From Candidatus Moraniibacteriota bacterium (GTDB lineage Bacteria > Patescibacteriota > Minisyncoccia > Moranbacterales > GCA-2747515): 64,000 nt of DNA. The notes beneath the pieces were generated by a model. The model was given only the letters and a program-made list of their open reading frames with translations, was not told where the DNA came from and did no database searches. The DNA lies in contig CP065011.1 in assembly GCA_016699795.1 (NCBI GenBank), forward strand, positions 78,168-142,167. Reading direction: 5' to 3'. This document shows positions 1-9,000 of this stretch, one piece after another (the stretch's first letter is position 1; every line of letters starts with the position of its first letter). The translations under genes and the position numbers were made by a program.

Positions 1-761
1 TCTCGGTCAACACCTTCATTGCGAAAAAGCCTTCCAATTTCAAATACTTTTTCATACCCTCCTACAAGTAGACGTTTAAGAGCGAGCTCCAAAGAAATTC
101 GTAAATAAAAATCTCGATCCATTGCATTGTGTCTGGTAATGAAAGGTTCTGCATCTGCACCACCAGGGACATTTTCCAAAACGGGTGTCTGTACTTCCAA
201 AAATCCTTCCTTAGAAAGAAAATCTCGAACAGTTTTCCAAAAAATGTTTTTCCTAAAAAAAATATCTTTTGTTTCAGGATGAACAAGGAGATCCAAGTAT
301 CGTTTTCGAAGAAGTTCTTCTGTGTCTTTTATGCCAAAATGCTCACTTGGTATAGGACGTATTGTCTTGGAAAGCATACTCCATGAAGTTCCTTTTATTG
401 TTTTTTCTTCTTTCTTTGTAAGAAAAACTTTTCCAGAAACCTCTATAAAATCACCAATGTCTACACTTTTAGAAAAAAGTCGAAATGTTTCTCCGAGAGT
501 TTTTTCTTCAAAAAATATTTGCATTTTTCCACTAAGATCTTCTATATGCGCAAATGCAATTTTCCCCATTACACGAAGTGATCGGATCCTTCCTGCGATT
601 GTTACTTCACTTTCATTTTCAAAAAATTTCTTAAAAGATTCTTGAACATCTTCAATATTCTGCATCCTTTTTGTTTTTTCTGGATAAGGATTCATCCCAA
701 AATCCCGAAGTACTTGTAATTTTGCCCTTCTCCCTTCAATAATATCATCTCTCATACCCAT
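1..761 (-). CDS. lysS: Lysyl-tRNA synthetase (class II), N-terminal ~250 aa; the C-terminus lies beyond the left window edge
   Basis: Minus-strand translation from ATG at 759-761 reads [18 protein letters not shown]...[32 protein letters not shown] (OB-fold anticodon-binding domain). It continues ...[68 protein letters not shown], which carries class II LysRS motifs. The frame stays open to position 1. It is absent from the ORF track because the stop is off-window. Confidence 0.8.
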   Translation of the reverse strand, partial: [253 protein letters not shown]

Positions 762-1107
762 TTTCTTAAATACATTGATTTTTTAAAACATTTCCCATTA
801 AGAATATCCTACCGCACACACAAACAAAAAACAAGAAATATACCATCGCATAATCAGGATTTCATCAATTCAAATAAATAATAACACAAGGTTTTCCAAA
901 ACATTTCATGAATATTAACTAAAAAATATTCTTACTAAAATATAAACTATTAAAAATACATACTAAATTACTATTACTAAAAAATTCTATCAAAATGCAA
1001 ATCGTATTTAAAAATTTTAATACAAATGACTAGTTTTTTTCAATTATAAAAATTTATTTAATTCTCACAATTTGTAAAAATATTCATCAAGTATAAATCT
1101 TTAACTA

Positions 1108-2334
1108 TTAATTATTATATGGAGCATCTTTTTCTAAAAGCTTTTTATAGATTTCCTCCAAACGGTCCTTGTATATTTTTTCTTCAAGATCATTCACGCT
1201 TTGCAACGCTTTTTTGGAAACATTTTCAAGATTTTTCTGTTTCAAAACTTTTTTCATTACATGAGCTAAATCTTTAACATTTCCAAATTCAAAGAGGAAT
1301 CCATTCTCTCCATCAACTATTCTTTCTGTTATTCCTCCAATTCGCGAAGCAATCACGATCAATCCCTTTCCAAGAGCCTCTACCAAGGCGTAAGGCATAT
1401 TTTCATACCAAACAGAAGGAATAATAACAAGAGTAGTCAAGCCCATTTCTTCTGAGAGAGCTGTTTCTGAAAGATGTCCAAGAAATCGAACTCTATCAGA
1501 AACACCCAAGGAAACAGAAAGTTTTTCAAGATTTTTTCGTTCTGGACCATCTCCAGCAATAGTAAGAAAAAGTCCTTCGACAGAAACCATTGCTCGAAGA
1601 AGAACATCCACGCCCTTTTCAGAAGAAAGTCTTCCAGCATAAAGTGCTGAAGCATTTTTTTGATATGTATATTTAAAAGAAACACTATCTCTTTTGATAG
1701 GTTGAGAAAGGATTGTTATTTCTTTTTGAAATCCTCGTTCTTTAAATTTTTCTTTGAGAAATTTACTTGGAGAAAGTAAAATGTCTATTTTATTATAGAT
1801 ACCTATCAATGTATGGAAAAAGTTTTCGAAAGAACAGACCACACTCGAAGAAAAAGAATTTTGTACACATGTATCCAAAATACATTGAATGTTCCCTCCT
1901 TCCCAAATATGATCTCTCGAAAAAAGAGAATAGTTGGGACATACTAATTTATAGTCATGAAGCGTCATAACTATCGGAATATTTCTTTTTTTTAAGGTTG
2001 CTATAATTGAGGGAGAAATTTGATGATATATATTATGAAGATGTGCAATGTCCGGTTGAAATTTTTCCAAGAGCCTTTCTAAATTCCTTTGCGCTTCAAA
2101 ATTCCATAAAATCTTTCCCGTAAAACAAATACGATCTTGTATGCTATACTGTGTATGATAATCTACATTTTTTATAAAATAAGATTCCCATTCTGTTGGT
2201 TTATTCTGAGGATGTTGCATAGAAAAAAATGCTACCTCGTGACCCGCCTCAGAAAGAATCCGAGCCGTATCAAAATAGGCACGTTCAGCTCCTCCTCGAA
2301 GATAATGAAATTTATTAATCAAAAGTATTTTCAT
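1108..2334 (-). CDS. Glycosyltransferase family 4 (GT-B fold)
   Basis: 408 aa. N-terminal MKILLINKF..GGAERA and C-terminal EGxxxxxxEAL-like region (ENMPYALVEALGKGLIVIAS) are typical of GT4/GT1 enzymes. Confidence 0.7.
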   Translation of the reverse strand: MKILLINKFHYLRGGAERAYFDTARILSEAGHEVAFFSMQHPQNKPTEWESYFIKNVDYHTQYSIQDRICFTGKILWNFEAQRNLERLLEKFQPDIAHLHNIYHQISPSIIATLKKRNIPIVMTLHDYKLVCPNYSLFSRDHIWEGGNIQCILDTCVQNSFSSSVVCSFENFFHTLIGIYNKIDILLSPSKFLKEKFKERGFQKEITILSQPIKRDSVSFKYTYQKNASALYAGRLSSEKGVDVLLRAMVSVEGLFLTIAGDGPERKNLEKLSVSLGVSDRVRFLGHLSETALSEEMGLTTLVIIPSVWYENMPYALVEALGKGLIVIASRIGGITERIVDGENGFLFEFGNVKDLAHVMKKVLKQKNLENVSKKALQSVNDLEEKIYKDRLEEIYKKLLEKDAPYNN

Positions 2335-2354
2335 AATTCCATTCTAACGTATTT

Positions 2355-3743
2355 ATGAATAAAAGCATACCTTTCAAATTTTCCCTCTTCATGATTTTTT
2401 TAGCAGTATCTAGTGTTCTTTTTATAAGCCTTCTCATACTCAATTATCCCGTTTCTCAATCTTCTATTGTTTCTCTTTTCTCTCTTTTACCCTTCTTTCT
2501 TTTTGCCTTCCCATTTATCACCCTTGGTTTTCTTCTTATTGTTCGTCCGAGTCTCGATTACCTTTCGGATACATTTTATTTTTTTCTCCCCTTTGGCGAA
2601 GGTATGACCGTAACACTCGCTCAAGGATTCGGCTTGGGAGTTGTATTTCTTTCCCTTCTCTTTTTTCTTCGTTTTCGAAAAGCATTTCTCTCACACACAC
2701 TCTCAAGTTTTTTTCTCCTCCTCCTTTCTTGGGGTGCTTTTACACTTTCATACACCATAGATACAACACAAACTATGTATGAACTTTTCCGTTTATTGTC
2801 AATATTTTTTGTATTTTCTTTTTCTTATTATCTTATCGTAAACGAAAAGTCTTTTATTAAACTTCTTATTATTATTCTTGTCTCTTGTGTTATTCCTGTA
2901 TTCACAGCATGGACACAATTCGTGCTTGGAATTGGTTATACAGATGATGCTTTTTCTGTTCCCCGTATATACGGAACATTTGCACATCCAAATATTTTTG
3001 CTCTCTATCTTACTATTGCCATCGCCGCAGGATCTCTTCTTTTTCTCTTTATCAGAAAACCTCTTTACAAAATGTTTCTTGGATCAACATTATTCATTCT
3101 TCTTATAACTCTTTTCTTTACGTATTCCCGAGCAGCGTGGGGAACATTTTTTCTTTTTGCCATCCTTGTAATTTTCTATAAATATCCCAAATCACTTCCT
3201 TTTATTATTATTTTTCCCCTTATTGTATTTTTCATCTCTTCTCCTGTTCGCGATCGTGTAGAAGATGTTTTACACTTTTCTCAATCAAGCTCTCTCACCT
3301 GGCGTATAAACATTTGGACTGACACAATCTCCAAAACCCAAGAAGAAGGAAAAATTCTTCTTGGTTATGGCCTTAACACTTTTGAAGAAGTTGCTGAATC
3401 TTTACGGGGAATACGATTTGTCGTCAATGATCCTCATAGTGAATTTGTACGCTCATTTGTTGAAGGTGGGATTATTGGACTTCTCGTTTTCCTTATTTTT
3501 TCTCTCGCCCCTCTCATTATTTCTTGGAAGCAATTTCACATTACCTCCAAAGAAAAACTTACATCTCAGGATTCTCGTAAAAAAACTGTATTTTTCATTC
3601 TCTGGGCACTCCTTCTTTCACTTTTTTTCTTGAGTTTTACCGATCACGTTCTCCGCTCTACTATGGTTCAATGGTCGCTTTGGGCTCTTCTTGGTGGAGC
3701 ACTTCGTGTATATGTAAAACCTCCATCTTCCCTAAATGAATAA
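2355..3743 (+). CDS. O-antigen ligase / Wzy-like polysaccharide polymerase family membrane protein
   Basis: 462 aa with at least 10 predicted TM helices. Carries the conserved O-antigen-ligase-domain motif YSRAAWG followed by a large loop and further TM helices. Confidence 0.6.
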   Translation: MNKSIPFKFSLFMIFLAVSSVLFISLLILNYPVSQSSIVSLFSLLPFFLFAFPFITLGFLLIVRPSLDYLSDTFYFFLPFGEGMTVTLAQGFGLGVVFLSLLFFLRFRKAFLSHTLSSFFLLLLSWGAFTLSYTIDTTQTMYELFRLLSIFFVFSFSYYLIVNEKSFIKLLIIILVSCVIPVFTAWTQFVLGIGYTDDAFSVPRIYGTFAHPNIFALYLTIAIAAGSLLFLFIRKPLYKMFLGSTLFILLITLFFTYSRAAWGTFFLFAILVIFYKYPKSLPFIIIFPLIVFFISSPVRDRVEDVLHFSQSSSLTWRINIWTDTISKTQEEGKILLGYGLNTFEEVAESLRGIRFVVNDPHSEFVRSFVEGGIIGLLVFLIFSLAPLIISWKQFHITSKEKLTSQDSRKKTVFFILWALLLSLFFLSFTDHVLRSTMVQWSLWALLGGALRVYVKPPSSLNE

Positions 3744-3808
3744 TTTGTGTTAGATTATTCAATTACGTTATATTTTGATTTTTTAAAAAGTACTCTTATC
3801 TCACTACT

Positions 3809-4696
3809 ATGCAAAGGATTTTCTTTTTTCTTCTCACCAATATCGCGGTTATAGCAGTCGCTTCTCTCTTATTGAGCATTTTCAACATTGCGCCCTATCT
3901 CAGTGCTTCAGGAATAAATTATCAATCTCTCCTTATTTTTTCTGCTGTATTCGGATTTTCTGGATCAATCATTTCCCTTCTTATCTCTAAATGGATGGCA
4001 AAAAATGCCTTTGGTATAAAAATCATCCAGCAAGCAAAAACTCCTGAAGAACAGTTTATTTTTCAAACAGTGCAAACACTAGCGAGACAATCATCTCTTG
4101 GTATGCCTGAAGTAGGAATATACGATTCACCCGAAGCTAACGCATTTGCTACAGGTTGGAATCGAAATCATGCGCTTGTTGCTGTTTCCACAGGACTTCT
4201 TAATGGAATGGAAAAAGATGAAATAGAAGCGGTCTTGGGCCATGAAATTGCACATATCGCCAATGGCGATATGGTAACCCTCACACTCATTCAAGGAGTA
4301 GTAAATACCTTTGTTATTTTCTTTGCTCGAATCGCAGCTTATGCCGTTCAAGTCTTCTTTAGTAAAGATAATGAAGAGGAAGGAATAAGCACACTTGCCT
4401 ATTCTCTCACTTCCATTGTTTTTGAAATTCTTTTTGGAATCTTAGCAAGTATGATTGTTATGGCTTTTTCTCGACACAGGGAGTTTCGAGCTGACTCAGG
4501 AAGTGCAAAATTTCTGGGAAAAGAAAAAATGATCAAAGCCCTTCAAAAACTCGAGACCCTCCAAGATCGCCTTATCGATCCTCGAGGAAAGTCTTTTGCT
4601 ACTATGAAAATTTCTGACAAGCCTTCTGGATTTCTTTCTTTTTTTTCTAGTCATCCCCCACTCAAAGATCGGATAGAAGCCTTGAAAAAACAATAA
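3809..4696 (+). CDS. htpX: Zn-dependent membrane protease HtpX (M48 family)
   Basis: 295 aa. Two N-terminal TM helices, HEIAHIANGD (HExxH) zinc motif, and C-terminal TM plus conserved tail typical of HtpX. Confidence 0.85.
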   Translation: MQRIFFFLLTNIAVIAVASLLLSIFNIAPYLSASGINYQSLLIFSAVFGFSGSIISLLISKWMAKNAFGIKIIQQAKTPEEQFIFQTVQTLARQSSLGMPEVGIYDSPEANAFATGWNRNHALVAVSTGLLNGMEKDEIEAVLGHEIAHIANGDMVTLTLIQGVVNTFVIFFARIAAYAVQVFFSKDNEEEGISTLAYSLTSIVFEILFGILASMIVMAFSRHREFRADSGSAKFLGKEKMIKALQKLETLQDRLIDPRGKSFATMKISDKPSGFLSFFSSHPPLKDRIEALKKQ

Positions 4697-4702
4697 AAAA
4701 TA

Positions 4703-4729
4703 CCCCGTCTCATATCTGGACGGGGTTTT
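4703..4729 (+). terminator. Rho-independent terminator after htpX
   Basis: Stem ccccgtc / gacgggg with 9-nt loop, followed by TTTT; 6 nt after the TAA stop at 4694-4696. Confidence 0.6.
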
Positions 4730-5018
4730 AAAAATCTTTCAGTCATCTAAATTTTCTTCGGCAAACATTGCGCGCAAACCTTCCCACAAAAAAACCAAAG
4801 GAAAGAGAACGAGAAGAATGCCAAACACCAGAGCTATGTACCACCATGAATTACTCGGCTCACTCATTATATATCTCCAATACGTATCAAAAAACTTTTT
4901 TCACTCTAGCAGAAAAGGCTCGTAGAGAAAAGATCCCCTCTGAAATGAAAACCTTTTCATCAAAAGAAAAACCGCCGAAAGAAGTATCTTTCAACGGTTT
5001 AGTAAAAACTAGAGACTA

Positions 5019-5429
5019 CTAACTACACTGTCCGAACTTCCCTCTGAAAACGATAGGGACGTATCTTGTGGGATTTATGAATATTCCACAAGCAGTTTCG
5101 TCATCGGCAGTCCATGTGCCGGGCATTTCGTCTGAAAGACGATTTTTGCCATCCGTAACGATGTACGGTTTTCCGAATTCCATTTCTGAGCTCTTTTTTA
5201 CACATCCATGTAATCTACCCGTTTCTTCATTCACCCTACAGGCGAAGAAGTTTTTAGAGTTCCAAGAAGTTATCTTTTCCTTGTATATTTCGTTCCACAA
5301 CAATCCATCTGGAGTTGTCGCCGCGAAAACCTTCGAAGAAAAAAAGAGGAAGAGGAGAAGAATTCCTGTTATAAAGAGAAAAAGAGAGAAAGCCCCTCCG
5401 AACAAGTAGGGTGTATCGTATTTTTTCAT
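5019..5429 (-). CDS. Small secreted Cys-containing protein (signal peptide/TM, 4 Cys), uncharacterised
   Basis: 136 aa with N-terminal hydrophobic segment. Contains motifs DGLLW...TSW...CRVNEETGRLHGC...GKPYIV shared with the adjacent GC-rich gene at 5666-6079. Confidence 0.45.
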   Translation of the reverse strand: MKKYDTPYLFGGAFSLFLFITGILLLFLFFSSKVFAATTPDGLLWNEIYKEKITSWNSKNFFACRVNEETGRLHGCVKKSSEMEFGKPYIVTDGKNRLSDEMPGTWTADDETACGIFINPTRYVPIVFRGKFGQCS

Positions 5430-5665
5430 CTCTCACTCCTAGGCTCACTTGCCTAAAAAATATAAAAGAACATATTTGTCCGAAAAAATTCGGTACAGGT
5501 TTGGACAGAGAGATTGTATTCTCCGTATCCAAGACTTTATCGAATAAATAAAAAAGAAAATCGACAGAGAACAATACGAATACTATCTTCTATTCGGTAA
5601 ATTTTACCAAAAGAAAAATATTATTGTATGTTCTCTGACGATTAATCGAGACGATGTTCAGACGG

Positions 5666-6079
5666 TTATTTTACCGTCCAGTAATCGTCGGATCGGGCCT
5701 TGAACGACCCGACCACGCTCCCGGGCCCAATCATTTGGGTTCCAGGAGCGGACCCAGCCTCACCCCATGTTGATCCTCCGCAGAAGATCACGTATGGGAG
5801 TCCGCTCTGCATGGCAGAAGGAGGCCCACACTCAGTCATCGACGGGCGTCCATTTTCGGCGCGACAGATCTCGCAAAGAGATGGGTCATAAGGAATGACC
5901 CTTACTCCTTGGGAAGCCGCGGACCAAGAAGTTCCGTCGTAGCGTCCAGCGTGGGCCGGAGAGGCAAGGAGGAGGAGCAGAAACAGGGTTCCTACTATTG
6001 CCAGTGTGGCTATGAAGCCCCCAAAAGAAGCTTCCGCCCACGTCTCATCCTGCTGTTGCTGATTCTGAAAATAGTTCAT
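5666..6079 (-). CDS. Small secreted Cys-containing protein, GC-rich paralog of 5019-5429
   Basis: Start is reassigned to the in-frame ATG at 6077-6079 (MNYFQNQQQQ...), which has an AGGAG Shine-Dalgarno 6 nt upstream. The AT-rich part of the track ORF (to 6352) upstream is non-coding. TM segment, then DGTSW...CEICRAENGRPSMTEC...GLPYVIFCGG, matching the neighbour's motif spacing. Roughly 50% GC versus the ~33% background. Confidence 0.45.
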   Translation of the reverse strand: MNYFQNQQQQDETWAEASFGGFIATLAIVGTLFLLLLLASPAHAGRYDGTSWSAASQGVRVIPYDPSLCEICRAENGRPSMTECGPPSAMQSGLPYVIFCGGSTWGEAGSAPGTQMIGPGSVVGSFKARSDDYWTVK

Positions 6080-6253
6080 CTCGAACTCCTGGGGGTGTTT
6101 TCCCCTAAATATTGAAAAAGTACTTGTTCTCTCTTCCTTTTTGGGAAGATGATGGAATGACATCAACGATATCAATCCAATAATCTTTCGAAAAAAAGGA
6201 ATGCCCGGAAGCGAGAAAGAGATTATTCGAATACATCTCTCACGCTTCCTGGC

Positions 6254-6282
6254 AATATAGCACATCCTGACAATTTTGTCAA
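6254..6282 (-). promoter_or_regulatory. Sigma70-like promoter driving the GC-rich small gene, with a palindrome over the -35
   Basis: Minus-strand TTGACA (complement of 6277-6282), 17-nt spacer, TATATT (complement of 6254-6259). The inverted repeat TGACAAttTTGTCA (6268-6281) overlaps the -35. Confidence 0.45.
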
Positions 6283-6437
6283 GATATATACGGATTTTAC
6301 CGCGCACTTTCAAGGATATCCTTGAATTTTCTTTGAGAAAATCCTTTCTCAAAGCGGAAAGTCATACCTTCTTTCCCATTTTTTATCTTCTTTGATTCTT
6401 TACAATTTCCGTGTAAAGGTTATTTCCTTACCAACAA

Positions 6438-8114
6438 CTACCCAGAAAAAGAACCTAATGCACTTTCAATTCCTCCCGAAGAAGAAATTGTTATGTGCTG
6501 TTTCTCCTCATTATTGGAAGATGCAGTTTGTTGATCTGCGGCCCAACCAAACGGTGAGGAGGTTGACGTGTTATTGTGTTGATCAGCTTTATAATCCTTT
6601 ACAAAATGATTTTCATCACTCTGAGAGGATGGGACTGATTTTGCTTTCGGAGCTACAGCTTTCGCTTTCACACCGAGGTATTGCTGAGAGCTTCCGGCAT
6701 TGTCCGTAAGAGCCGTAGTAGCAACCTGCGAGTTAGCACGAAGCCAACCCAATCCAGCATTCCACTCGATCTCCACGATGAAGTGAGGATCGGGGAATTG
6801 TACACCTACACCGATGCGCCAGACATCGTCCTTCGTAGCGATTCCGGCAAGGATTTTACCCCCGATCGGATTACTGACCACGTCGCTGATATGCCAGATC
6901 CCCAGCGTAAGCTCGGGTTTGACATTCCAGTCTGCTCGATCTAATTCGAACCGAAGAATGGCGCCGACCACGAGTTTCCTTGCGGACTCATGATTGACAG
7001 GTGTTCCTTTCCAGAGAATGTCCGTTTTGTTACCACTAAGAGGAATATCCACCCATGGCATAAAACGAACAGTTACACCAGTCTGATCATCAATTTTGAA
7101 CCGCTCCCGAAGTTGCAAAGCGATTCGAAGATCCATACCATCGGCACGGAGCTTTTCTACCAGACCATCCTTGGAGTATCCACGAGTTGAGCCTTGTCCC
7201 GCAAGGACAACGAATTCAACCGCATCGATGTCACCGACCGGTCCACGACCTTCGATACCAACGCCGTAGAAATCAGAGACTTCCACCCATTCCTTATTAT
7301 TGAAACGAGCGGACTTACCTGCGATCGACGGACCCACCTTCCAGCCGTTTCCAACTGGGAAAAGGCACGAGAAACGGAGTGATCCGCTTTCTCCACGTTG
7401 CCCCATCTGAGCCCAAAGAGCACCTACGGCTTCACAACCAAGACTTTCTTGGGTAGGAGCGGGAGCTGGTGGCGTGGGAACTGTTACTGTGTTCCAAGCA
7501 ACGTTTCCACACCGCATGGCGATGTCAACCTGCTTGCTACCATTCATGGATGGGCATGCCCAAACCATGATGTCAGTACCACTGGCGTTTTGAGTCTTGC
7601 CCCAATTCCCCTTGCCCATAGCCATACCTTCCCAGGTAAAACCTATGGGACGAGCAACGGCCTGACACTTTCCAGAAACAAGATCTCCCCGAACCTGCTC
7701 CACTTCCGAACTCGAAAGTCCGAATTGAGACAGGCGACGAGATTGCTCTGAAGTGAGTTGCAATTCTTCCGTCTTGTGCCATTCTTTCCGGAGGCGAAGA
7801 GGAAGAAGAGAATCAGCGCCGACTTTCTTCCACTGGCGAATACCAGAGGAAGATTCCAGAACAACAGGAGATTGTTTCACAGAAGAAACGACTATTCCTG
7901 ATTCTGGAAGCGTGAGGGTTTGTCCAACGCGAATCGTGTGAGGAGCCTTAATCCCATTCGCTCTGGCAATTTCTTGCCAAGAAGTCTGGGATTTATTGGC
8001 GATTTTGATCAAGGAGTCACCCTTGACCACCGTGTACGTCCCCGCCGAAGCAAGGGGCGCGCCAACAACCGCGAGAAAAATTCCCGCGATGACGAGAAGT
8101 TTCCTAAACATCAT
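6438..8114 (-). CDS. LysM (peptidoglycan-binding) domain protein with signal peptide and large beta-rich C-terminal domain
   Basis: Start trimmed to MMFRKLLVIAGIFLAVVGAPLASA (signal peptide; GGGAGG just upstream), which avoids a 62-nt overlap with the upstream gene. Canonical LysM: YTVVKGDSLIKIANKSQTSWQEIARANGIKAPHTIRVGQTLTLP. The C-terminal ~400 aa show an alternating hydrophobic beta-strand-like pattern (VTVRFMPW, LVVGAILRFELD, WRIGVGVQFP, FIVEIEWNAGLGW). Lies in the GC-rich island. Confidence 0.6.
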   Translation of the reverse strand: MMFRKLLVIAGIFLAVVGAPLASAGTYTVVKGDSLIKIANKSQTSWQEIARANGIKAPHTIRVGQTLTLPESGIVVSSVKQSPVVLESSSGIRQWKKVGADSLLPLRLRKEWHKTEELQLTSEQSRRLSQFGLSSSEVEQVRGDLVSGKCQAVARPIGFTWEGMAMGKGNWGKTQNASGTDIMVWACPSMNGSKQVDIAMRCGNVAWNTVTVPTPPAPAPTQESLGCEAVGALWAQMGQRGESGSLRFSCLFPVGNGWKVGPSIAGKSARFNNKEWVEVSDFYGVGIEGRGPVGDIDAVEFVVLAGQGSTRGYSKDGLVEKLRADGMDLRIALQLRERFKIDDQTGVTVRFMPWVDIPLSGNKTDILWKGTPVNHESARKLVVGAILRFELDRADWNVKPELTLGIWHISDVVSNPIGGKILAGIATKDDVWRIGVGVQFPDPHFIVEIEWNAGLGWLRANSQVATTALTDNAGSSQQYLGVKAKAVAPKAKSVPSSQSDENHFVKDYKADQHNNTSTSSPFGWAADQQTASSNNEEKQHITISSSGGIESALGSFSG

Positions 8115-8844
8115 AACCTCCCGAGGATTTCTCCTCTTTTTTAGAACTTTCTTTCTTCTCTTCAAGAAGGTTTGGCTCTTTGAGGAGCGCGCACCCTATT
8201 TGAAGGACTTTGGGAAGGGCTCCAATGGGTCCATACATTATCGGTCCGAGAATATCGGATGACGATATAGACCCAAGCCCACAAATTGCTGACCGTTCTT
8301 TCCAATCGACAAGCGATGGGACCGAAACAGCGTTGAGTGCATCTTCTCCGAAAAGGAGTCTCGCTCCTGATCCCGGTATATCATCGGAGATAAACGGGAA
8401 CTCTCCTCCGAGATGAGCATATATATCCCGAAGCTCGGAAGCACTTAACTCCTTTGCCACAGGGACCATATACGCCTTACCTCGCGCGGAGATGACTTCC
8501 ACACCTCGGAACTCACTCGAAGAAAAAACATACCCTTTTTCTCCTTTCGGATAAAGAGAAATGTTTTGACCCGAGACGCGAGCTCGAAATGCCTTTCGGC
8601 AAATTTCGACCTGCTTTTTGTCAAGAGTCATGTACTGTTTGCACATAACCTCTCGTTTCACCTCCTTCGGAAGTGAAACCTCATATCCCTTTGCCGAATG
8701 AATCGGCGGAGGGGCCACAAATGTCGTGGCATTGGCAAGATATTCCATCTCACCACCACTCAGACCCAACGACTCACGAGGAGTCATTGGAGCGCATCCC
8801 GACGCGATAATCGCGACGAGAACAAGACTCAACCTATTATTCAC
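8104..8844 (-). CDS. Lipoprotein (lipobox LVAIIASGC), uncharacterised
   Basis: Start reassigned to GTG at 8842-8844 with GGAGG 6 nt upstream (...agagaGGAGGtttgttGTGaat). The AT-rich 5' part of the track ORF (to 8940) matches flanking non-coding composition. Signal peptide VNNRLSLVLVAIIASG-C. GC-rich composition. Confidence 0.45.
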   Translation of the reverse strand: MNNRLSLVLVAIIASGCAPMTPRESLGLSGGEMEYLANATTFVAPPPIHSAKGYEVSLPKEVKREVMCKQYMTLDKKQVEICRKAFRARVSGQNISLYPKGEKGYVFSSSEFRGVEVISARGKAYMVPVAKELSASELRDIYAHLGGEFPFISDDIPGSGARLLFGEDALNAVSVPSLVDWKERSAICGLGSISSSDILGPIMYGPIGALPKVLQIGCALLKEPNLLEEKKESSKKEEKSSGGYDV

Positions 8845-9000
8845 AACAAACCTCCTCTCTCTTTCGAGAGAAAAAATCAAAAAAAATTTTAAAAGTACTC
8901 GGATCAAAACTTCATATAAACTATGAAAGTGATCCCGCAAGGAGAGAAAAAGAATTTTCTCCCTTGTGCGGAAACATTCTCAAGCAATTCTTTCAATAAA

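Noticed and set aside
62-645. Plus- and minus-strand small ORFs (62-286, 129-386, 322-645) at the left edge
   Set aside because: They lie antisense or out of frame within the clearly recognisable lysS reading frame, which the ORF track omitted because it runs off-window. They are treated as spurious.
4768-5022. 84-aa plus-strand ORF after htpX
   Set aside because: Begins inside the htpX terminator region, has no RBS or conserved features, and reads antisense toward the 3' end of 5019-5429.
5666-6352. Full 228-aa track ORF, and 8104-8940 as a 278-aa ORF
   Set aside because: The 5' portions are AT-rich, match flanking non-coding composition and lack RBS. In-frame starts with GGAGG-type SD (ATG 6079, GTG 8844) give compact proteins with proper signal peptides.
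6681-8416. Numerous 60-120-aa ORFs on both strands inside the GC-rich island (for example 6681-6944, 7398-7751, 7920-8144, 8210-8416)
   Set aside because: GC-rich DNA generates long stop-free antisense frames. All overlap the two long, motif-bearing minus-strand genes and lack start context.
8928-8966. Imperfect 15-bp hairpin between the wzz-like gene and the island as a transposon terminal inverted repeat
   Set aside because: It is a single copy with no matching partner at the other island boundary (~5636) and no target-site duplication. It is more likely a transcriptional stem-loop.
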